Shown: piece by piece, positions 9,645 to 18,242 of the stretch | Numbering within the stretch: position 1 is the first letter of the stretch | Layout: the number at the start of each line of letters is the position of its first letter | DNA from: Bacteroidota bacterium | GTDB taxonomy: Bacteria > Bacteroidota > Bacteroidia > Bacteroidales > VadinHA17 | Length of the DNA: 64,000 bases | Assembly (NCBI GenBank): GCA_011049175.1 | Contig: DSCJ01000063.1 | Coordinates: 5,504-69,503 of the forward strand | Reading direction: 5' to 3' | Notes under the pieces: generated by a model | What the model was told of the DNA's origin: nothing | What the model saw: the letters and a program-made list of their open reading frames with translations, nothing else | Database searches by the model: none | Translations under genes and position numbers: made by a program

Positions 9645-11693
9645 TCAATGTGACCTCCTTTCGAATTCGGCTACCCCGCGATCCAGAAAATTCCTGAATG
9701 CTTCGGCATCCAGGTTGTATCCTATGGGTGTGGTGAGCAATTCGCCGTTGTGATCCACCGGAGCATAAAATGGCTGGGTATTGGCCCCGAAACGGGTAAT
9801 TTGCAGATCGGCATTTTTCTTTCCGATACGATCTTTTACTTTGCCGTCATATTCCGAAGTGATCCACTCGTCTTCAGGAAGTTTTGTCTTATCATCGGTG
9901 TACAGGGCAATGATCACATAATCATCCTTCAATCTTTGCAGCACTCCCGGATCCGACCATACCTTTGCCTCCATTTCCTTGCAATTACTGCAGGCATGAC
10001 CCTTAAAGTCAAGCAATACCGGCTTGTTCAATTCCCTGGCACAGGCCATACCCTGTTCGTAATCAAAATATCCCTGTAAACCGTGAGGCAAGGAAAACAG
10101 GTCGCTGTACCGGGGAACATCACAGAGCATGCTTCCACCGGCAACCTGTTTGCCGGTGTCTCCCGTATATTCAGTAAGATCAAATTGCTGGGCTTTCTGA
10201 GGAGGAAGAATTCCTGATATTCCGCTCAAAGGTGCACCGAACAATCCCGGCACCATATACAGGGCAAAGCTGAACGAAGCAACGGCCAGGAACAAACGCG
10301 GTACTCCTATAAAGGGCACATCACTGTCGTGTGCAAACCTGATCTTCCCCAGCAGATAAAAGCCCAGGATGGTAAAAAGCACAATCCATATGGCCAGATA
10401 CAGGTCGCGGCTCAGAATTCCCAGGTGATAAGCCTGATCGATATTGGAGAGAAATTTAAAACCGAAAGCCAGAATAAGAAAACCCATCACCACTTTGACT
10501 GAATTAAGCCAGCCTCCTGATTTCGGTAAACTTTTCAGCAACGACGGAGAAAAAGCAAGCAGCGTAAAGGGCAGAGCAAATGCCACAGAAAAGCCTAACA
10601 TCCCCACCAGGGGTTCAAGCACTTCGCCTGTAGCCGCCTGCACCAGCAAATATCCCACAATGGGTCCCGTACAGCTGAAAGATACCAGGGTCAAAGTAAG
10701 GGCCATGAAGAAGGCACCCAGAAAACCGCCGCGGTCGGCCTGGCGGTCCACCTTGCTGGTCAAACTGCCCGGAATAATTATCTCGAACATTCCCAGGAAG
10801 GATGCGGCAAATATCAGGAATAAAAGAAAGAAAATCAGATTCGGGATCCAGTGTGTACTCAGCACATTGGCAAAATTCGCACCGGCACTGGTAAGGGAAA
10901 TGACCAGCCCGATCAGGGTATAGATGGCTACAATGGAAAAACCGAATACGAGTGCCTGGAACAGAGCCCTGCGCCGGTTTTCACTTCCCCGCATGAAAAA
11001 AGTAACCGTCATGGGAATCATGGGATAGACACACGGGGTGAGCACTCCGGCAAAACCAAGCAGGAAAGCCACAAAGAACAATCCCCACAATGATTTTCCC
11101 TGAAAGTTACCCCTACTTCCGGCTTCCGTATCTCCGGCGCTCAGTTCAACAGTAGAAGTCATCATGCCGGGAGCATCCCCTGATGACGAAACGGGTTCTT
11201 CACCGGTTGCCTCTTCTTCAGCAGAGTCATCCCCAGGCGGAATCATGATGCTGAAAGCCTCCTCCCTCGGGGGCAGGCAACGTTCATCATCACAGCTCAT
11301 GAACTCCACTGTTCCGTTCACTTCAAATGATCCGGGAACAAGCGAACGGATTACCTGCCTAAACACCGCCTGAACGCTGAACATCTTCAGGTCCATCTTG
11401 AAGCTTTCGTCATATTTTACTTCCGGATCAATGGTTTCCACCACCTCCCCAATGCGCTCGTAACTGTCTGATGGATGAAATGTAAATGTGGTGGGAATAG
11501 GACCTGCCGGCGGTATGTCCTGGGAATAAAGATGCCACCCCTGATCTATGCTGGCCGTAAGCAGAAGGGCATATTCCGATTCATTGATTTTCTCGGCACT
11601 GAATTTCCAGGTAACGGGATCTGCTATTTGGGCCGTCCCTTGCGTGGCATTCAGCAAAAGAGTAACAACCAGTACAAAGGCAGTTCTTTTCAT
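9645..11693 (-). CDS. DsbD-family thiol:disulfide interchange protein (protein-disulfide reductase)
   Basis: A signal peptide and an N-terminal periplasmic domain are followed by a central CcdA-like TM core with CVYPMIP and SCTGP. The C-terminal thioredoxin fold carries CSNC. ATG 11693 (MKRTAFVL...) is preferred over the GTG at 11717. Confidence 0.85.
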   Translation of the reverse strand: MKRTAFVLVVTLLLNATQGTAQIADPVTWKFSAEKINESEYALLLTASIDQGWHLYSQDIPPAGPIPTTFTFHPSDSYERIGEVVETIDPEVKYDESFKMDLKMFSVQAVFRQVIRSLVPGSFEVNGTVEFMSCDDERCLPPREEAFSIMIPPGDDSAEEEATGEEPVSSSGDAPGMMTSTVELSAGDTEAGSRGNFQGKSLWGLFFVAFLLGFAGVLTPCVYPMIPMTVTFFMRGSENRRRALFQALVFGFSIVAIYTLIGLVISLTSAGANFANVLSTHWIPNLIFFLLFLIFAASFLGMFEIIIPGSLTSKVDRQADRGGFLGAFFMALTLTLVSFSCTGPIVGYLLVQAATGEVLEPLVGMLGFSVAFALPFTLLAFSPSLLKSLPKSGGWLNSVKVVMGFLILAFGFKFLSNIDQAYHLGILSRDLYLAIWIVLFTILGFYLLGKIRFAHDSDVPFIGVPRLFLAVASFSFALYMVPGLFGAPLSGISGILPPQKAQQFDLTEYTGDTGKQVAGGSMLCDVPRYSDLFSLPHGLQGYFDYEQGMACARELNKPVLLDFKGHACSNCKEMEAKVWSDPGVLQRLKDDYVIIALYTDDKTKLPEDEWITSEYDGKVKDRIGKKNADLQITRFGANTQPFYAPVDHNGELLTTPIGYNLDAEAFRNFLDRGVAEFERRSH

Positions 11694-11770
11694 CTGTCTT
11701 GGTTTATGAAAGGACACAAATTAAAAAATCTTTTCTTTAAGTATTTGGAAGTATAAACAAGAAAACCCGT

Positions 11771-13321
11771 TTACAGTTCAATCTCCTCGCCGGAAGGAAG
11801 GAAAAAATGGTATTCCATAAATGAATAAGCATAAGAAGATTCAATGATAATACGGCATCCGAATTCACGGTTCCATTTTTTCCTGATCGACCGGAAACCG
11901 TGGGTCAGGTATGCCGCAATGTAAGGATGTAAGCGCAGGATAAATTTCTTTATTTTTTTCTCTTCCACCAGGGTACGAATATGTATTTTCAGCTCATCCT
12001 CCAGCAGGGCGCTGGATGATATTTTTCCGGTACCTTTGCAGGAAGGACAGGTTTCTTCTGTAAGGATATGCATCTCAGGCCGCACCCTTTGCCGGGTGAT
12101 CTGCATCAAACCGAATTTGCTGAGCGGTAAAATATTATGTTTGGTACGGTCTGATTCCATGATCTCACGCATCCGGTCGAAGAGCTTCTGTTTGTGCTCG
12201 TTGGAATGCATATCGATGAAATCGACTACAATGATTCCGCCCATATCCCGCAGCCTCAGCTGCCTGGCAATCTCTTCAGCAGCTGCCAGGTTAACTTCCA
12301 GGGCATTGGTTTCCTGATCCTTGAAACTTTTCGACCGGTTCCCGCTGTTCACATCAATCACATGCAGGGCCTCTGTATGCTCAATGATCAGGTAGGACCC
12401 GTCTTTCAATGAAACGGTCTTTCCGAACGACGACTTAATCTGTTTATTCAGGTTCAGGTAATCGAAAATCGGTTGTCCTCCCTTGTACAGTTTGACAATT
12501 TTTTCCTGGTCGGGAGAAATCGAGGCAATGTATTCGCGGGTTTCCTGATAAACCCCTTCATCATTCACCCAGATCCGGTTGAAACTGGTATTGAAAATAT
12601 CACGGAGCAAAGCCGAAGCCCGGTTCATTTCGCTGATAACCAGCCGGGGCGGATTGCCTTCCTTCACAGCCTGAAATCCGTATTCCCATTTCCTCACCAA
12701 TCCACGTAACTCCTGATCCAGCTCGGCCACCTTTTTGTTTTCGGCCACTGTACGGACAATAACCCCGTAATTTTTTGGCCGGATACTCATCAACAGGTTT
12801 TTCAGCCTGGCCCGCTCTACATTCGATTCAATTTTCTGTGAAACGGAAACCTTATCGGAAAACGGAATCAGCACCAGGTTCCTTCCGGCAATTGAGATTT
12901 CCGAGGTAAGGCGGGGACCTTTGGTAGATATGGGCTCCTTGGCAACCTGCACCAGAAGCGGTTGCCCGGGCTTCAGCACATCGGTTATTTTGCCGTCCTT
13001 GTCGATATCCGGCTCGCGTTTAACCCTTCCGAAAGATATGGATTTGTTCTTCTTCTGGAGAAGCTGATGCAAAAATTTGCTAAGTGAGCTGAATTGCGGT
13101 CCCAGATCGAGATAATGCAGGAAGGCATCCTTTTCGTAGCCAACATCAATGAATGCCGCATTCAAACCCGGCATAACCTTCTTCACCCTTCCCAGATAGA
13201 TATCTCCTACGGCAAACTGAAGATTACTCTTTTCCTTTCTTAGTTCAACCAGTCTCTTATCTTCAAGAAGGGCAATCGTAATTTCTGAAGAAGATACATC
13301 AATTACCAGTTCTTTTTCCAC
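11771..13321 (-). CDS. rng: ribonuclease G (Rne/Rng family)
   Basis: The N-terminal S1 domain (GDIYLGRVKKVMPGLNAAFIDVG) is followed by the RNase E/G catalytic core (VDFIDM, ...ITRQR). The start is a GTG. Confidence 0.9.
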   Translation of the reverse strand: MEKELVIDVSSSEITIALLEDKRLVELRKEKSNLQFAVGDIYLGRVKKVMPGLNAAFIDVGYEKDAFLHYLDLGPQFSSLSKFLHQLLQKKNKSISFGRVKREPDIDKDGKITDVLKPGQPLLVQVAKEPISTKGPRLTSEISIAGRNLVLIPFSDKVSVSQKIESNVERARLKNLLMSIRPKNYGVIVRTVAENKKVAELDQELRGLVRKWEYGFQAVKEGNPPRLVISEMNRASALLRDIFNTSFNRIWVNDEGVYQETREYIASISPDQEKIVKLYKGGQPIFDYLNLNKQIKSSFGKTVSLKDGSYLIIEHTEALHVIDVNSGNRSKSFKDQETNALEVNLAAAEEIARQLRLRDMGGIIVVDFIDMHSNEHKQKLFDRMREIMESDRTKHNILPLSKFGLMQITRQRVRPEMHILTEETCPSCKGTGKISSSALLEDELKIHIRTLVEEKKIKKFILRLHPYIAAYLTHGFRSIRKKWNREFGCRIIIESSYAYSFMEYHFFLPSGEEIEL

Positions 13322-13377
13322 ATTCGCTTCATTTACTCACGGCCGAATGGATTCCCCGTGTGGTATGTGAATGATAA

Positions 13378-13411
13378 TGAACCTAAAGGCCAGGGCGGGC
13401 CTTTAGGTTCA
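13378..13411 (-). terminator. 14-bp perfect hairpin between the small basic ORF and rng (weak terminator or processing/attenuator element)
   Basis: tgaacctaaaggcc (13378-13391) pairs with ggcctttaggttca (13398-13411) around a 6-nt loop. The U-tract following it on the minus strand is poor. Confidence 0.45.
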
Positions 13412-13439
13412 TTCTTATACCACAAAGCTTTCAGGAATA

Positions 13440-13532
13440 CTATTTCTTCTTCTTATGCCTGTTTTTACGCAAACGCTTTCTGCGTTTGTGGGTAGCCATC
13501 TTATGTCTCTTTCTTTTCTTTCCGCTTGGCAT
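13440..13532 (-). CDS. 30-aa Lys/Arg-rich protein, bS22 / AURKAIP1-COX24-like
   Basis: This ORF is not in the track because it is shorter than 60 aa. ATG at 13532 to TAG at 13442-13440 gives MPSGKKRKRHKMATHKRRKRLRKNRHKKKK. As far as I remember, near-identical small ORFs are annotated across Bacteroidota. Confidence 0.6.
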   Translation of the reverse strand: MPSGKKRKRHKMATHKRRKRLRKNRHKKKK

Positions 13533-13565
13533 GGTATAAATATTGAATCAAAAAATTAAGGAACC

Positions 13566-13853
13566 CTACCGCTTGACGTTAGCTTTTACCCGGTTAATGA
13601 ATGATTTGGCAGGCTTGAAAGAAGGAATGAAATGTTCCGGAATAATGATGGTAGTATTTTTTGAAATATTACGGGCAGTTTTTTTCGCACGTTTTTTCAC
13701 GATAAAACTGCCGAATCCCCTCAGGTAAACGTTTTTATCCTTTACCAGGGATTCTTTTACCGTTTCCATGAAAGCTTCCACTGTTTTTTGAACAGTTACC
13801 TTTTCAATTCCCGTGTTTTTGGAAATTTCATTTACAATATCAGCCTTAGTCAT
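13566..13853 (-). CDS. hup: HU family DNA-binding protein
   Basis: 95 aa. The sequence MTKADIVNEISKNTGIEKVTVQKTVEAFMETVKESL...RGFGSF is a classic HU/IHF fold signature. Confidence 0.9.
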   Translation of the reverse strand: MTKADIVNEISKNTGIEKVTVQKTVEAFMETVKESLVKDKNVYLRGFGSFIVKKRAKKTARNISKNTTIIIPEHFIPSFKPAKSFINRVKANVKR

Positions 13854-13906
13854 TTTTAAAATCTTTAATTATCAGTTAATTAGAATAAGTTTTCGCTTAT
13901 GAACTG

Positions 13907-13914
13907 CAAATATA
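13907..13914 (-). promoter_or_regulatory. candidate -7 promoter element (TAnnTTTG) for the HU gene
   Basis: The reverse complement of caaatata is tatatttg. It lies about 54 nt upstream of ATG 13853. Confidence 0.3.
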
Positions 13915-13988
13915 AATGTTTTATGTTTATAAATGAAATCTGCATTGATTATTTTTAAAGCGGTGATATTTTATTTTCAGGTCATTAT

Positions 13989-15070
13989 ATGGAGATGAAT
14001 GTTGGAAGTGTGTTGCAGACCTGGTATGAAAAAACGGAAGAGACCTTCCCTGGAGGAATACTGGCGATGCATACCATATCTGGGTTTCGGAAATTATTCT
14101 TCAGCAAACCAGGGTCAGCCAGGGTATTTCCTACTATCACCGGTTCCTGGAAAAATTCCCCCGGCTGGAAGATCTGGCCCGAGCCCGGACCGACGAGGTG
14201 ATGCATGTATGGAAAGGCCTGGGATATTACAGCCGGGCCAGGAACATGCATATCACAGCTATCCGCATCCTGAATGAATACGGGGGAAAATTTCCTTCGG
14301 GTTATGAAAATATACTCCGCCTCAGGGGAATAGGCCCATATACTGCGGCCGCCATTGCCTCATTGGCTTTTAACGAACCGGTCCCCGTGGTCGATGGCAA
14401 TGTGTACCGCTTCCTGGCCCGTTTATTCGGTATTGTCGATTCTATGAGCACGGCTGCAGGGAAAAAGGCGGCAACCGAAAAGGCCGGAAAGATTATGAAC
14501 CGAAAAAATCCCGCCCTTCATAATCAGGCCATGATGGAATTCGGTGCCCTGCAATGCACTCCGTTCCGTCCTCCCTGCCATGCATGTCCTTTCCGCAAGG
14601 TTTGCCTGGCATATATTACCGGCAGGGTGAATGAACTGCCAGTCAAACAAAAAAAACCGGCATCCGCAGAACGATATTTCAATTACGTGCTGCTAACCGG
14701 TGGACCAGATATGCTGGTGAAAAAGAGGGAAAAACAGGATATCTGGCAGGGCATGTATGAATTACCCCTGTTTGAATCGACCTTTCCGATTGAACCGGGC
14801 CAGCTTACCAGGAACGAATGGTGGAAAAAACTGGAAGAACGGACCGGCCCCCTGCACCTGAAATATCATTCAGGTATTATAACACATATCTTATCGCACA
14901 GGAGAATCCGCGCCGTATTTTACCATGCAGAAACCCGGGGAGACCTACCCGCTCTTTGGCCAGGAGAATCTACCGTTTCCGTAACAAGCTGGGAATCCAT
15001 TGCTTTCCCCATGCTGATCGATAAATTCCTGTCGCAATACCTGCCGTTATTTTTCAATGGCAGCATTTGA
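13989..15070 (+). pseudogene. mutY: A/G-specific adenine DNA glycosylase MutY, disrupted by a 1-nt frameshift in an A6 tract
   Basis: Frame 0 (13989-) gives MEMNVGSVLQTWYEK. The conserved continuation NGRDLPWRNTGDAYHIWVSEIILQQTRVSQGISYYHRFLEKFPRLEDLARARTDEVMHVWKGLGYYSRARN... is in the -1 frame, starting inside the A-run at 14029-14034. Total length is 1082 nt, which is 3n-1. Confidence 0.85.
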
Positions 15071-15124
15071 TACTGGTATGAAATTTTACTAATTTTACAG
15101 GCTGATTTCAAACCAACCATTATT

Positions 15125-15553
15125 ATGTCGGTAAACAAGGTAATCCTGGTAGGCAATGTGGGGAAAGACCCTGAGGTAAACTATATCCGGGAAGACGTGC
15201 CTGTGGCAAAATTCCCCCTGGCTACCAGTGAAACATACACCAAGGACGGAGAAAAGATAACCCAGACCGAGTGGCATAATATTGTGCTCTGGAGGGGACT
15301 GGCCAGGGTGGTGGAAAAATATGTCAGAAAAGGCTCATTATTATATATCGAAGGAAAGATCAACACCCGCTCCTATGAAAAAGACGGGGAAACGAAATAT
15401 ATCACCGAAATTGTGGCCGATAATATGCGCATGCTCGGAAAAAAACCCGACGATTCAGGCCAGTCCTCCTCCCGACCATCCGAACAAAATGAACGGGCCC
15501 CTGAAGGCGACGCAACAGGGATATCCCAGGAAGACGATGATCTTCCTTTCTGA
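15125..15553 (+). CDS. ssb: single-stranded DNA-binding protein
   Basis: MSVNKVILVGNVGKDPE... forms the OB fold. The tail is acidic and ends DDDLPF. Confidence 0.95.
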   Translation: MSVNKVILVGNVGKDPEVNYIREDVPVAKFPLATSETYTKDGEKITQTEWHNIVLWRGLARVVEKYVRKGSLLYIEGKINTRSYEKDGETKYITEIVADNMRMLGKKPDDSGQSSSRPSEQNERAPEGDATGISQEDDDLPF

Positions 15554-15583
15554 TGTTATACAGATTTTTTTAGATCGCAGACT

Positions 15584-16915
15584 GTGGAAGCAGACGACCC
15601 TCTCCCGTATTTATCGATCCTTGCCGATTTGAACATCCGTTTTTATCAGGCCGGCCCCTCACTGTTCCTGGGCGTGGGTGTTCTGATCCTCCTGCTGGCC
15701 TGCTCTGCCATGATCTCGGCATCGGAAACCGCCTATTTATCATTAACATCTCCCGATCTGCAAAAGATCAGGGATGGAAAAAGCCGTTCGAACCACATCC
15801 TGCTGAAATTGCTTGAAATGCCGGAAAGGTTGCTCACTACCATCCTGATTGCCAACAATCTATTCAATATGAGCTCGGTGGTGCTTGCCATTTTTCTGTT
15901 TAACAGCACCCTGCAACCAACCGGATATCCGGTAGCCACTCTCCTTATCGAAGTGATCGTGATAGTCTTCTTCCTGCTTGTTTTTGCAGAGATCCTGCCA
16001 AAAATTTATGCCGGAAGCCACACGGTAAGGATCAGCATGCTGATGGCTACTCCCCTGTATTACATGGAAAAATTGTTCCGCCCCTTCAGCCGATTACTGA
16101 TTTTTTCCGGTCACTTTTTTACCCGGCGAAACCTGCCTGCCAATTCGAATATTTCCATGGATGACCTCTCGGAAGTTCTCAGCAAAACCCCAACCGATCT
16201 GAGAAAAGACGAAAAAATGCTGCAGGGTATTGTCAATTTTGGAAATATCAATGTTAGCGAAATTATGACAGCCCGGGTGGATGTGGTGGCCGTGGATATA
16301 TTCACCGGACTGAAAAAACTGCTGCATATTATCGTCGAGTCGGGGTACTCGCGAATACCGGTATATAAAGATTCATTCGATAATGTAAAGGGAATCCTCT
16401 ATATCAAAGACCTGCTGCCTTACATCAATTATCCCGACGATTTCAAATGGCAGGATCTGATCAGGCCTCCCTATTTTGTTCCCGAAACAAAACGCATCAA
16501 CGACCTGCTGGCAGAATTCCAGAGTAAAAAGATCCATATGGCCATTGTGATTGATGAATACGGCGGCACCCAGGGCATTGTAAGCCTGGAAGACATTCTG
16601 GAAGAAATTGTGGGCGAAATATCCGATGAATTTGATGAGGATGAATCAACCTATACCCGTATCGATGAAAACAATTACATTTTCGAAGGAAAAACACAAC
16701 TGAACGATTTTTACAAAATCATGGGGGTTTCCCCCGATGTTTTCGACAAAGTAAAAGGAGACGCCGACACACTGGCCGGGCTGATTCTCGAAATCAGAGG
16801 GGAAATACCCGGCAAAGACGAAATCATCCCAATAGGTAAGTACATTTTCCGTATAGAGTCGGTGGATAAGCGAAGAATCAGAAAAATTAAAGTGACAGTG
16901 AATGAATCGGAGTAA
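15584..16915 (+). CDS. gldE: gliding motility-associated protein GldE (CNNM/DUF21 + CBS pair + CorC_HlyC)
   Basis: The domain order is DUF21 TM region, two CBS domains and a CorC C-terminal domain. The mutY-ssb-gldE-gldD order matches the Flavobacterium johnsoniae locus as I remember it. The start is a GTG. Confidence 0.8.
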   Translation: MEADDPLPYLSILADLNIRFYQAGPSLFLGVGVLILLLACSAMISASETAYLSLTSPDLQKIRDGKSRSNHILLKLLEMPERLLTTILIANNLFNMSSVVLAIFLFNSTLQPTGYPVATLLIEVIVIVFFLLVFAEILPKIYAGSHTVRISMLMATPLYYMEKLFRPFSRLLIFSGHFFTRRNLPANSNISMDDLSEVLSKTPTDLRKDEKMLQGIVNFGNINVSEIMTARVDVVAVDIFTGLKKLLHIIVESGYSRIPVYKDSFDNVKGILYIKDLLPYINYPDDFKWQDLIRPPYFVPETKRINDLLAEFQSKKIHMAIVIDEYGGTQGIVSLEDILEEIVGEISDEFDEDESTYTRIDENNYIFEGKTQLNDFYKIMGVSPDVFDKVKGDADTLAGLILEIRGEIPGKDEIIPIGKYIFRIESVDKRRIRKIKVTVNESE

Positions 16916-17504
16916 CAAACCCCTTTTTGCGAACCATTTCCTGATTACAGCATGCATGGTAATGGCGGTCATGGCCGCCGGTGGCTGCAGGCGAAATTAT
17001 ACGCCAAAGCCCCGGGGATATTTCCGTATCGATCTTCCTGAACACGCTTACCGTGAATACCGGTCTGATTGTCCGTTTTCCTTTGAATTTCCGGTGTATG
17101 CAAATGTGCAACCCGACCGGAGCCGCATGGCCCGGCCATGCTGGTTCAATGTCGTTTACCCCGATTTCAACGGCACGATCCATCTGAGCTACCAGACAGT
17201 AAAAAAAAACCTGGAAGAACTCACAGAAGACGCCAGAACGCTGGTCTACAAACATTCCATCAAGGCCGATGCTATCGGGGAACAATTGTTTACTCATCCT
17301 GATAAAAAGGTATACGGAATTCTTTATGACATTAAAGGAAACACAGCTTCGTCGGTCCAGTTCTTTCTTACCGACAGCTCCCGGCATTTTATCAGGGGGG
17401 CATTATATTTCAATGCCAGTCCCAATGCCGATTCACTGGCTCCAGTCATCCGTTTTTGCAGGGAAGATATCATCCACCTGATCGAAACATTCTCCTGGCA
17501 GTAA
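16902..17504 (+). CDS. gldD: gliding motility lipoprotein GldD
   Basis: 200 aa with a lipobox (AAGGC). The YTPKPRGYFRIDLP motif is present. The gene lies immediately after gldE and overlaps it by 14 nt. Confidence 0.75.
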   Translation: MNRSNKPLFANHFLITACMVMAVMAAGGCRRNYTPKPRGYFRIDLPEHAYREYRSDCPFSFEFPVYANVQPDRSRMARPCWFNVVYPDFNGTIHLSYQTVKKNLEELTEDARTLVYKHSIKADAIGEQLFTHPDKKVYGILYDIKGNTASSVQFFLTDSSRHFIRGALYFNASPNADSLAPVIRFCREDIIHLIETFSWQ

Positions 17505-17603
17505 ATGCCCGGTTTACCCCGGCAAGTTGAAAGCGTGTGGGAAAAAATATGTAAATTCGTGCCTCGTACGTGTAACCATCTGGTTTAAACCCCAAACCTG
17601 TTC

Positions 17604-18239
17604 ATGGGTGTAATCTACAAGAACGAATACAGGGATGAATGCATCATGGGAATCTGGAAAATCACGGAAACCTATGATGAGCTGAGGCAGTTGCTTACAC
17701 TCGACCGACGGCAACAGAAAATACTCAACGGATTCGGCAGTCTCAACAGAAAAATTGAATGGCTCAGCGTACGTGCCCTCCTATCGGAACTGACCAACTC
17801 TTCCACCCGCATAGTCTACAACGGGGAAAGGAAACCCCTGCTGGAAGACGGATCATACAATATCAGCATCTCCCATTCCGACGAACTCACATCCATTCTT
17901 CTGAGCCGTAACCGGCGGGTGGGTATTGATTTGGAACATATGACACACCGCATTGAATTGCTGGCCAGCAAGTTTCTCAATGATTCGGAAAAAGTAACCA
18001 GTGATCCCTTTCTGCAACGATATCACCTGTATATACACTGGTGTGCCAAAGAAGCTCTTTTTAAGATATGCGACAAGAAAAACATCAACTTCCGGGAGAA
18101 TCTCATTATCCACCCGTTCGAACTGAAAGACGAAGGAAAGATCCTGGGAACCGTGTGGAATGAACATATCCATGAAACATTCAACCTTCAGTACTTCAAA
18201 CTTGAGAACTACAGCATTGTATGGTGCTGCAAGGAATAA
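17604..18239 (+). CDS. 4'-phosphopantetheinyl transferase superfamily protein
   Basis: The GIDLEH metal-binding motif and W..KEA.FK are typical of Sfp/AcpS-type PPTases. An alternative start is ATG 17646 (MGIWKI...). Confidence 0.8.
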   Translation: MGVIYKNEYRDECIMGIWKITETYDELRQLLTLDRRQQKILNGFGSLNRKIEWLSVRALLSELTNSSTRIVYNGERKPLLEDGSYNISISHSDELTSILLSRNRRVGIDLEHMTHRIELLASKFLNDSEKVTSDPFLQRYHLYIHWCAKEALFKICDKKNINFRENLIIHPFELKDEGKILGTVWNEHIHETFNLQYFKLENYSIVWCCKE

Positions 18240-18242
18240 ACC

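Noticed and set aside
14025-14036. The mutY frame change might be a programmed -1 ribosomal frameshift or transcriptional slippage site.
   Set aside because: A P-site Lys-tRNA slip on GAA AAA A would restore the frame. However, there is no X XXY YYZ heptamer in frame, I saw no downstream stimulatory structure, and A6 is short for efficient slippage. A homopolymer indel, real or artefactual, is the simpler reading.
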